NCBI GenBank assembly: GCA_963698455.1
Contig: CAVOQU010000012.1
Location: forward strand, 83,395 to 147,394
Reading direction: 5' to 3'
Origin: an uncultured Flavobacteriaceae bacterium
GTDB lineage: Bacteria; Bacteroidota; Bacteroidia; Flavobacteriales; Flavobacteriaceae
Length of the DNA stretch: 64,000 bases
Shown: positions 22,290 to 31,075 of the stretch, one piece after another
Layout of the letters: each line of letters opens with the position of its first letter
How positions within the stretch are numbered: position 1 is the stretch's first letter
The notes under the pieces: generated by a model
Databases searched by the model: none
What the model saw: only the letters and a program-made list of their open reading frames with translations
What the model was told of the DNA's origin: nothing
Translations under genes and position numbers: made by a program

Positions 22290-22910
22290 TTAAACTTTAA
22301 TCGAACATCCAATAGCTTTTGTTTCTTTTAGTTCAACTTCTTTTCCTTGAAGCAACGCATCTACAGCATTTTCAACATATTTTGTAGTTACTGCTGAAAC
22401 ATCTTTGTAATTATCATCAATAGCTCCAATATATTTAACGACATTACCTTTTTTAGTTTTTTGAAGCACAAACATGTGAGGCGTTTTGGTCGCTCCGAAT
22501 TTAGGGTATACGTTCTGTCCTTCATCAATTAAATAAGGAAACGTAAATCCTTTCTCTTTTGCGCGTTGCTTCATCGCAGCCGGATTATCGTCTGGTTTTA
22601 CCGCGATATTGTTTGGCATAATTGCAATTACCGGATACCCTTTTGAGGCATATTTTTTATCTAAAGCAATAATTCTGTCTTCATAAGCAACTGCATATGG
22701 GCAGGTGTTACAAGTAAACGTTACTATAAATCCTTTAGCATTTTTATAATCGGATAACGACACCATTTTCCCATCAACATTTTTAAGCGAAAAATCTTCA
22801 GCGACATCCCCAATTTTATAGCCTTCACTAAAAGTTGTTTTTCCAACTGTAAATGCACTAACACAAACTAAAATTATAGCAGCAGCAATTAATTTGATTG
22901 TCTTATTCAT
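22290..22910 (-). CDS. Thioredoxin-fold AhpC/TSA family protein
   Basis: FTCNTCPYA, GATKTPH, KAIGCSIK. Confidence 0.9.
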   Translation of the reverse strand: MNKTIKLIAAAIILVCVSAFTVGKTTFSEGYKIGDVAEDFSLKNVDGKMVSLSDYKNAKGFIVTFTCNTCPYAVAYEDRIIALDKKYASKGYPVIAIMPNNIAVKPDDNPAAMKQRAKEKGFTFPYLIDEGQNVYPKFGATKTPHMFVLQKTKKGNVVKYIGAIDDNYKDVSAVTTKYVENAVDALLQGKEVELKETKAIGCSIKV

Positions 22911-22916
22911 AATTTT

Positions 22917-23456
22917 TTATTTTAAAAATTGTTTAACTTCAGTTTCTAATTCTTCAAATGTAAATGATTGTTCAAAAAATTTACGCTTGTTATTTTTATA
23001 AATAACAGTAGCAGGTAAAGATCCTGACCATGTTTCATCCACTTTTGGAATCCATGTATTCATATCAACATCATCTAAAGCTATTACTTTAGATTGTAGA
23101 TTCTTTTTCTTTATAAATGGCTTCAATTTCGATTCGTACAAATGCGGAAAATCTAAACTTACCAACAAAACATCTACATTCTTATTGGCATATTCGGTAT
23201 TCAGTTTTTCAAAATAAGGTAATTCTTTTACACAAGGTGCGCACCAGGTTGCCCAAAAATTAATAACATGAACTTTACCATCCTTTTTATTAAGAAACTT
23301 CTCAAAACCGGCATAATCGTAAATTTCTAAATCATCATTTACTGAGATAGCCACTTTTTCAACAGCTACCTCCTTATTATTACCAACATCTGTTTTTTTA
23401 GAATTATTGCAACTTATTAATCCAAGCGCAAAAATGAATACTATTTTAAACCTCAT
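22917..23456 (-). CDS. TlpA family disulfide reductase lipoprotein
   Basis: NFWATWCAPCVKELP. Confidence 0.9.
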   Translation of the reverse strand: MRFKIVFIFALGLISCNNSKKTDVGNNKEVAVEKVAISVNDDLEIYDYAGFEKFLNKKDGKVHVINFWATWCAPCVKELPYFEKLNTEYANKNVDVLLVSLDFPHLYESKLKPFIKKKNLQSKVIALDDVDMNTWIPKVDETWSGSLPATVIYKNNKRKFFEQSFTFEELETEVKQFLK

Positions 23457-23578
23457 TATATTTTTTAATGTTTGACGAACTAACCTTAGCAAAAATTCAA
23501 TAGAAGCATAAAAATAATTAATACTTCATAGTTATAGTATAGTTTAACATACTTTTATATAAAAAACACCCTAAAGTA

Positions 23579-23609
23579 TTGTGTAATTATATTTTCATTT
23601 CTATATTTG
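23579..23609 (+). promoter_or_regulatory. Bacteroidota housekeeping promoter of the trp leader
   Basis: TATATTTG (TAnnTTTG, -7 element) at 23602-23609, with TTG about 20 nt upstream. Confidence 0.55.
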
Positions 23610-23629
23610 AACTCGTTAAAAACATAAAA

Positions 23630-23692
23630 ATGAAATCAATTTTAAATAATACTTGGTGGTGGAGCTTTCTAAACTTACGTTACGTGAAGTAA
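23630..23692 (+). CDS. trpL: trp operon leader peptide
   Basis: MKSILNNTWWWSFLNLRYVK*: three tandem TGG codons upstream of a terminator and trpE. Confidence 0.9.
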   Translation: MKSILNNTWWWSFLNLRYVK

Positions 23693-23723
23693 AATCCTAG
23701 TATATTTAAAACTTAAAATATCC

Positions 23724-23757
23724 AAAAGGCTTGTCGTTCACGACAAGCCTTTTTTTT
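23724..23757 (+). terminator. trp attenuator terminator
   Basis: AAAAGGCTTGTCG-ttca-CGACAAGCCTTTTTTTT. CGTGAA at the end of the leader can pair with TTCACG in this hairpin, a candidate antiterminator. Confidence 0.88.
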
Positions 23758-23764
23758 AGAGTAT

Positions 23765-24148
23765 TTTGTCATTTCCGCGAAGGCGGAAATCTTAAACTTA
23801 TTATAGATGTTTAATGAAGACACATATTATATTTACATTATGACAAATAAGAAAAATGGTGTAATTTATATTGGAATGACGGGAAATTTTAAGCAAAGAA
23901 TAAATCAACACAAGAAAAAATATAGCAGCGGATTTACAAATAAATACAATTTAGATTTATTGGTTTATTATGAAAAATTTCAGAATCCAAACGAAGCAAT
24001 TAAAAGAGAAAAACAAATAAAAAAATGGAATAGATCATGGAAAATCAATTTGATAAACGATTTTAACCCAGATTGGAACGATTTAAGTTATTTTTTTAAC
24101 ACTTAGGTAGAATAATAAAAAGATTTCCGCGTTCGCGGAAATGACAAA
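23765..24148 (+). mobile_element. REP-flanked GIY-YIG nuclease cassette (putative selfish element)
   Basis: 28-bp inverted repeats at 23765-23792 (TTTGTCATTTCCGCGAAGGCGGAAATCT) and 24121-24148 (AGATTTCCGCGTTCGCGGAAATGACAAA), one mismatch, enclosing a single GIY-YIG ORF. No target-site duplication visible. Confidence 0.7.
23807..24106 (+). CDS. Stand-alone GIY-YIG nuclease family protein
   Basis: YYIYIM (GIY), IYIGMT (YIG), conserved R in QRINQH, E in AIKREKQIK, and C-terminal WKINLI...NPDWNDL. Confidence 0.93.
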   Translation: MFNEDTYYIYIMTNKKNGVIYIGMTGNFKQRINQHKKKYSSGFTNKYNLDLLVYYEKFQNPNEAIKREKQIKKWNRSWKINLINDFNPDWNDLSYFFNT

Positions 24149-24158
24149 GACATTTTAA

Positions 24159-25565
24159 ATGACAAAATACAATTTATATACACATTACAAAAAAATTCTG
24201 GCAGATACTATTACACCTGTTAGTATTTATTTGAAAATTAGAGATAAATACCCAAATAGTATATTGCTTGAAAGTAGCGATTACCATGCCAATGATAATA
24301 CGTTTCTCATACATCTGTTTTAACCCTATTGCAACTATTAAGGTTGAAAACGAAACTATTTTTCAAACTTTTCCTGATGGAAGCGAAACTTCAAATCCAA
24401 TTACTAAAACTACCGATGTTTCCGAAGAAATTAATCAATTCACCAAACGTTTTAAAGTGAATTCTGAAGAAGAATTTCAAGTTTATAAATAATGGTATTT
24501 TTGGCTACATCGCTTATGATGCAGTAAGATATTTTGAAGATGTTGAAATTTCAAAAAAAGAAAATTCAGTAGCAATTCCAGATGTTAATTATGCTGTTTA
24601 TCAAAATATTATTGCCATAAATCATCATAAAAACGAAGCATATATTTTTGCGCATTGTTTTAATTCTGAACCTAATATTGAAGAAATAGATCATTTAATT
24701 AAAGTTAAAAACTTTGCGTCTTACAACTTTTCTTCAAATGGAGATATTAACTTCGAATTTAACTGATGACGAATACAAAAACCATGTAGAATTAGCAAAA
24801 AAACATTGTGGACGTGGTGATGTATTTCAATTGGTATTGTCAAAAAGTTTTTCACAGGAATTTAAAGGCGATGAATTTAATGTATATCGTGCTTTAAGAA
24901 GTATCAATCCGTCACCATATTTATTCTATTTCGATTATGGAAATTTTAAAATATTTGGAAGTTCTCCAGAAGCACAACTTGTTGTGAGCGATGGAAAAGC
25001 CGAAATACACCCAATTGCTGGAACTTTTAAACGAACAGGAAACGATACTCAAGATGCCGAATTAGCTCAACAATTGGTTGTAGACGATAAAGAAAATGCA
25101 GAACATGTTATGCTGGTAGATTTGGCAAGAAACGATTTAAGTAGACATGGCAGCGACGTTACTGTAGACACCTATCGTGAAGTTCAGTTTTTCTCACACG
25201 TTATCCATTTAGTTAGCAAAGTTACAGGACAGAAACACAAAGAAACCTCAACCATGCAGATGGTTGCCGACACTTTTCCTGCTGGAACTTTAAGTGGTGC
25301 GCCAAAGCACAGAGCGATGCAACTTATTGAAAAATACGAAAAAACGAGTCGTTCTTTTTACGGTGGCGCTATTGGGTTTATGGATTTTGATGGTAATTTT
25401 AATCACGCCATTATGATACGTACATTTTTAAGTAAAAACCACAAATTACATTGGCAAGCAGGTGCAGGAATAGTATCTAAATCAAGTCCGGAAAACGAAT
25501 TAGAAGAAGTATATAATAAATTAGGGGCCCTAACAAAAGCTATTGAATTAGCTGAAGAAATATAA
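24159..25565 (+). CDS. trpE: Anthranilate synthase component I (several frameshifts in the 5' half)
   Basis: Manual start MTKYNLYTHYKKILADTITPVSIYLKIRD; C-terminal INPSPY, GSSPE, PIAGT, EHVMLVDLARND, FPAGTLSGAPK. Confidence 0.93.
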
Positions 25566-25691
25566 TTCCTGAGTAGGCAGGAAATCCTCCAAGAGGAAAC
25601 AATAAACATAAGTCCATTAAAACATTCGTGTATTCGTGGCAAAGAAAAATTAAATTAATTAAATATAGATTCCTGCTTTCGCAGGAATGAC
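25566..25691. repeat. Inverted REP pair between trpE and trpG
   Basis: TTCCTGAGTAGGCAGGAAATCC directly after the trpE stop, and AGATTCCTGCTTTCGCAGGAATGAC at 25667-25691. Confidence 0.8.
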
Positions 25692-25697
25692 AAAAAA

Positions 25698-26264
25698 ATG
25701 ACGAAAGTACTAGTTATAGATAATTACGACAGTTTTACATACAATCTTGTACATTATTTAGAAGATTTAAATTGCGATGTTACCGTTGTTAGAAATGATA
25801 AACTAAGTTTAGATGACGTGGAGCCTTTTGATAAAATTGTATTATCTCCAGGACCTGGAATTCCAGATGAAGCTGGTTTATTAAAACCAATTATTAAAAG
25901 ATATGCACCTACAAAAAGTATTTTAGGGGTTTGTTTAGGACAACAAGCTATTGGTGAAGTTTTTGGAGGTTCTCTTATTAATTTGGAGGATGTATATCAT
26001 GGTGTTGCAACAAAAGTAACCATTTGTGTTAACGATGAATCCTTATTTAAAGGCATGGATAAAGAGATTGAAGTTGGTCGTTATCATTCTTGGGTGGTAA
26101 ATCCAAATTTACCGGATTGTTTAGAAGCCACTTCTTTTGATGCAAACGGACAAGTGATGTCGTTACGTCATAAAGTTTACGATGTAAAAGGTGTACAATA
26201 CCATCCAGAATCGGTATTAACACCAAACGGAAAACAGATATTAAAAAACTGGTTATCAAATTAA
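25698..26264 (+). CDS. trpG: Anthranilate synthase component II
   Basis: IDNYDSFTYN, SPGPG, GVCLG, QYHPES. Confidence 0.96.
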   Translation: MTKVLVIDNYDSFTYNLVHYLEDLNCDVTVVRNDKLSLDDVEPFDKIVLSPGPGIPDEAGLLKPIIKRYAPTKSILGVCLGQQAIGEVFGGSLINLEDVYHGVATKVTICVNDESLFKGMDKEIEVGRYHSWVVNPNLPDCLEATSFDANGQVMSLRHKVYDVKGVQYHPESVLTPNGKQILKNWLSN

Positions 26265-26330
26265 GCAAAAGACAAAAAATTAAAAATCAAAAGAAAACAC
26301 TTGTGATTTCGTGCCTTAAAAAATAAAAGA

Positions 26331-27324
26331 ATGAAAATTATATTAAACAGACTTATAAATCACGAAAGCATTTCCAGCGAAGAAGCAAAACAGGTTTTGG
26401 TAAATATCTCAAAAGGAGATTATAACCAAAGTCAAATTGCAGCTTTTCTAACCGTTTATCATGATGCGAAGTATCACTCTTGAAGAATTACGAGGTTTTC
26501 GAGATGCACTTTTAGAATTATGTATTCCTATCGATTTAAAAGATTTTAATGCGATTGATTTATGTGGAACTGGTGGTGATGGAAAAGACACCTTTAACAT
26601 TTCAACCTTAGCATCTTTTGTAACTGCTGGTGCAGGCGTAAATGTTGCAAAACATGGAAATTATGGTGTGTCATCTACTTGTGGATCTTCAAATGTTATG
26701 GAATTTTTAGGTATTAAATTTTCAAGTGATGAAGATTTTTTAAAACACTCTATTGATAAAGCTGGAATTTGTGTTTTACATGCACCTTTGTTTCATCCAG
26801 CTATGAAAAATGTGGCACCTATTCGTCGCGAATTAGGTGTAAAAACCTTTTTCAATATGTTAGGTCCTATGGTAAATCCATCATTTCCAAAAAATCAAAT
26901 GGTAGGTGTTTTTAATTTAGAATTGCTTCGTCTGTATGGATATCTTATATCAAAATACCGATAAAAATTATTCCATTGTTCATGCTTTAGATGGTTATGA
27001 TGAAATATCTTTAACAGGACCAACCAAAGTGATTTCAAATCATGCAGAAACCATGTTTTCACCAGAAGATTTAGGACTTTCAGAAATAACGCAAGAATCT
27101 ATTTTTGGAGGAAACACAGTAGAATCATCTGCCAAAATTTTTATGAATGTCATTCAAGGGAAAGGTACAGAAGCACAAAACAATGTGGTTTGTGCCAATG
27201 CTGGTTTAGCAATTGCAACCGCAAATCAAAATTGAGTCATAAGACAGGTTTTGAACTAGCAAAAGAATCTTTATTAAGTGGAAAAGCAAAACGAGTTTAG
27301 TAAATTAATGAATTAAGTAAATAA
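26331..27324 (+). CDS. trpD: Anthranilate phosphoribosyltransferase (frameshifted)
   Basis: DLCGTGGDG, FNIST, KHGN, TFFNMLGP, DGYDEIS. End coordinate approximate. Confidence 0.9.
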
Positions 27325-27354
27325 GTCAATACGAGAGAAACGACGAAGTAATCT
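27325..27354 (+). repeat. Single REP half between trpD and trpC
   Basis: GTCAATACGAGAGAAACGACGAAGTAATCT resembles the left arms at 28481 and 28902; it starts directly after a TAA. Confidence 0.7.
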
Positions 27355-27393
27355 CTAAAGAATTAGAGCTAAAATGCAATGATTCAAGAAAAA

Positions 27394-28170
27394 ATGAATA
27401 TACTAGACAAATAGTAGCGATAAACGCATTGAAGTCGATTTAAGAAAATCGTTAATTCCTGTTAAACAATTGGAACAATCAGTTTTATTTGAAAGACAAA
27501 CCATTTCATTAGCAAATAAATTACGATCAATAGTCAAACAGGAATTATCGCAGAACATAAACGTAGGTCACCTTCAAAATCTGTTATCAATCAAAACTTA
27601 AATGTATTTGATGTCGCAAAAGGCTATGAAGATGCAGGTGTTTGTGGGATGTCTGTTTTAACCGATGGAAAATATTTTGGTGGTTCTTTAGACGATTTAT
27701 TAACTGCACAGAGCAAGTTGTAATTTACCACTTATTACGTAAAGAATTTATTATTGACGAATACCAATTATTAGAAGCTAAAGCCTATGGTGCCGATGTT
27801 ATTTTACTAATTGCAGCTATTTTAACCAGAGAAGAAATCAAACAGTTTTCAGAATTTGCAAAAAGCTTAAATTTGGATGTGTTATTAGAAGTTCATAATG
27901 AAGAAGAATTACATAAATCCATCATGCCAAGTTTAGATATGTTTGGTGTAAACAATCGAAATTTAAAAACCTTTGACGTCAGTTTAGAAACCAGTAAAAG
28001 ACTTAAGTAAACTAATTCCAAACGATTTTGTAAAAGTATCAGAAAGTGGTATTAGTACTATTGAAGCCATTAAAGAATTACAACCTTATGGATATCAAGG
28101 TTTTTTAATTGGTGAAAATTTTATGAAAACCGATAATGCAGGTGAAAGTGCAAAACAATTTATATAATAG
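27394..28170 (+). CDS. trpC: Indole-3-glycerol phosphate synthase (frameshifted)
   Basis: IIAEHKRRSPSK read manually; LLRKEFIIDEYQ, EVHNEEEL, GVNNRNLKTF, VSESGI. End approximate. Confidence 0.88.
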
Positions 28171-28189
28171 AACTATTACGAAGAGAACA

Positions 28190-28932
28190 TGAAACTATAA
28201 AGAAGATTCTGCTGGCAATGCAAAATATCAAATTGGGATGAAATATCAGACATGCAAGTTGCAGCCTTGCAACCAGACTATCTTGGTTTTATATTTTATG
28301 AAAAATCTGCAAGAAACTTTGATTCTAAAAACATTCCTAAATTACCTAAATCCATCAAAAAAGTAGGTGTTTTTGTTGATGCAGATTTAGAATGTTGTTA
28401 TTGAAAAAATAAAAACACATAATTTACAGGCAGTTCAATTGCATGGTGATGAATCTCCTGAATATTGTTTAAAATTAAAACGTCATTACGAGGCGAGAAA
28501 CAACGAAGTAATCTCATCAAAAGAAGCAGATTGCTTCGACTTTGAAAAAAAGTCTCGCAATGACGATAAACTAGAAATCATCAAAGTATTTTCCATCAAA
28601 GACGAATTCAATTTTGATGTTTTGAAACCTTATGAAGATGTTTGCGATTACTTTTTATTTGACACCAAAGGAAAATTACCAGGAGGCAATGGTTACACTT
28701 TCGATTGGAATGTTTTAAACAATTATCCATCAACAAAACCTTTCTTTTTAAGTGGTGGAATTGGATTAGAAGAATTAGAAAACTTAAAAAATTTAAACAA
28801 AGTAAGGCTTCAAAATATTGTTATGCCATCGATGTGAATAGCAAATTTGAAATAGAAGCAGGATTAAAAAATATAGAATTATTACAAAAATTTAAAGACA
28901 CTGTCATTACGAAAGAGAAACGACTGAAGTAA
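28190..28932 (+). CDS. trpF: Phosphoribosylanthranilate isomerase (frameshifted, with in-frame REP insertion)
   Basis: PDYLGFIFY, VGVFV, QLHGDES, FLFDTKG...GGNG..FDW, FFLSGGIG, IDVNSKFE. The 5' end is garbled, so the start is approximate. Confidence 0.85.
28481..28565. repeat. CGTC-tagged REP dimer inside trpF
   Basis: Outer arms CGTCATTACGAG / CTCGCAATGACG and inner arms CGAAGTAATCT / AGATTGCTTCG. Confidence 0.88.
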
Positions 28933-28987
28933 TCTCATAATTTGAAATTTAAAACAAACAGATTGCTTCACTGCGTTCGCAATGACG
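28902..28987. repeat. REP dimer overlapping the trpF 3' end
   Basis: TGTCATTACGAA...TGAAGTAATCT / AGATTGCTTCA...TTCGCAATGACG. Confidence 0.88.
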
Positions 28988-29026
28988 ATAGTATAAAATC
29001 AAAAAGACTCTTAAATGACAAAAATT

Positions 29027-30211
29027 ATGAAATTACAACGTTAACGAAAAAGGTTATTATGGCGAATTTGGAGGTGCATATATTCCAGAAATGCTATATC
29101 CAAATGTGGAAGAATTACGCCAAAATTATTTAAAAATAATGGCAGAACCCGACTTTAAAAAAGAGTTCGACCAACTTTTAAAAGATTATGTAGGACGTCC
29201 TTCTCCACTCTATTTTGCAAAACGACTTTCTAGAAAAATACAACACCAAAATATATTTAAAGCGTGAAGATTTAAATCATACTGGTGCACATAAAATCAA
29301 TAATACCATCGGGCAGATTCTCATGGCAAAACGTTTGGGTAAAACCCGAATTATTGCCGAAACTGGAGCAGGTCAACATGGTGTTGCCACTGCTACCGTT
29401 TGTGCTTTAATGGGACTGGAGTGTATTGTTTACATGGGTGAAATTGATATTGCACGTCAAGCACCAAACGTGGCTCGTATGAAAATGTTAGGAGCTACGG
29501 TTGTTCCTGCATTATCAGGAAGTCGAACTCTAAAAGATGCCACTAATGAAGCCATTCGCGATTGGATTAACAATCCTGTTGACACGCATTACATTATTGG
29601 TTCTGCTATTGGTCCGCACCCCTATCCAGATATGGTGACGCGGTTTCAATCGGTCATTTCCGAAGAAATAAAATGGCAATTAAAAGAACAAGAAGGTCGT
29701 GAAAATCCTGATTATGTGGTGGCTTGTATTGGTGGTGGTAGTAATGCCGCAGGTACATATTATCACTTTTTACACGAAGAAGATGTTAACATTATTGCTG
29801 TTGAAGCCGCTGGTTTAGGCATCGATTCTGGTGAAAGTGCTGCCACTTCAGTATTAGGAAAAGAAGGTATTATTCATGGTTGCAAAACCTTGTTAATGCA
29901 AACTAACGATGGGCAAATTACAGAACCCTACTCCATTTCCGCTGGATTAGATTATCCTGGTGTTGGTCCAATGCATGCTCATTTATCAAAAACAGGTCGT
30001 GCTGAATTTATGTCTATTACAGATGATGATGCTATGGAAGCTGGTTTAGAACTCTCAAAATTAGAAGGTATTATTCCAGCTATTGAAACATCACATGCGC
30101 TTGCTATTTTCTAACACAAAATCTTTAAACCAGACGATGTGGTGGTGGTAAGTCTTATCTGGTCGTGGAGATAAGGATTTAGACACGTATATTAATTATT
30201 TTAAATTATAA
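29027..30211 (+). CDS. trpB: Tryptophan synthase beta chain (frameshifted)
   Basis: [52 protein letters not shown]. Confidence 0.95.
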
Positions 30212-30272
30212 CGTCATTCAGAACAAAGTGAAGGAATCTCGCTATACCGATTGCTTCGTTCCTCGCAATGAC
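30212..30272. repeat. REP dimer between trpB and trpA
   Basis: CGTCATTCAGAACAAAGTGAAGGAATCT directly after the trpB TAA, then GATTGCTTCGTTCCTCGCAATGAC. Confidence 0.82.
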
Positions 30273-30286
30273 AAAACAATATTATT

Positions 30287-31048
30287 ATGAATCGAATTCA
30301 AAATAAATTAAAAGAAAATAAAAAGTTACTTTCTATATATTTTACAGCAGGTTATCCTAATCTAAATGATACGGTTACTATTATTCAAGACTTGGAAAAA
30401 AGTGGCGTTGATATGATTGAAATTGGTTTGCCTTTTAGCGACCCACTTGCCGATGGTCCAACCATTCAAGCCAGTTCTACGCAGGCTTTAAAAAATGGGA
30501 TGACTACAGAAGTGCTTTTTAATCAATTAAAAGATATTCGGAAATCAGTTTCAATTCCATTAATCATCATGGGCTATTTTAACCCGATGCTTCAATATGG
30601 TGTAGAAGCATTCTGTAAAAAATGCAAGGAAATAGGTATTGATGGATTAATTATTCCTGATTTACCCGTAGATGTATATCATGAAGAATACAAAACCATT
30701 TTTGAAAAATACGGGCTTATCAACGTGTTTTTAATTACGCCACAAACATCTGTAGAACGCATCAATTTTATTGATTCAATTTCCAACGGATTTATTTACA
30801 TGGTAAGTAGCGCCAGTGTTACAGGTTCACAATCTGGATTTGGCGAAGAACAAACTAATTACTTTAAACGTATTGCAGACATGAATTTAAAGAACCCACA
30901 AATCATTGGGTTTGGTATTTCAGACAATAAAACCTTTACTCAGGCTACACGATACGCCAAAGGCGCCATTATTGGTAGTGCTTTTATTAAATTTCTTAAT
31001 GATAATTCTATAGAAAGTATAAACAATTTCGCTAAATTTATAAGATAA
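30287..31048 (+). CDS. trpA: Tryptophan synthase alpha chain
   Basis: IEIGLPFSDPLADGPTIQ, GFGIS, GAIIGSAF. Confidence 0.97.
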   Translation: MNRIQNKLKENKKLLSIYFTAGYPNLNDTVTIIQDLEKSGVDMIEIGLPFSDPLADGPTIQASSTQALKNGMTTEVLFNQLKDIRKSVSIPLIIMGYFNPMLQYGVEAFCKKCKEIGIDGLIIPDLPVDVYHEEYKTIFEKYGLINVFLITPQTSVERINFIDSISNGFIYMVSSASVTGSQSGFGEEQTNYFKRIADMNLKNPQIIGFGISDNKTFTQATRYAKGAIIGSAFIKFLNDNSIESINNFAKFIR

Positions 31049-31075
31049 TTTACATCGAATAAAATCGTTGATGCA

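Noticed and set aside
21463-23456. Rhodanese and thioredoxin-fold cluster as a novel sulfur system
   Set aside because: Common gene families in an ordinary arrangement, with no unusual partner genes.
28150-28240. Possible further REP dimer between trpC and trpF (CTATTACGAAG...AGATTCTGCTGGCAATG)
   Set aside because: Faint resemblance only; the region is too garbled to separate from the trpF start, so it was not counted.
28942-29133. 63-aa ORF between trpF and trpB
   Set aside because: It is the REP right arm read into out-of-frame trpB 5' sequence.
23765-30272. CRISPR array or conventional IS/MITE interpretation of the repeats
   Set aside because: Repeats are inverted, irregularly spaced and heterogeneous; there are no cas genes, no DDE or HUH transposase and no target-site duplications.
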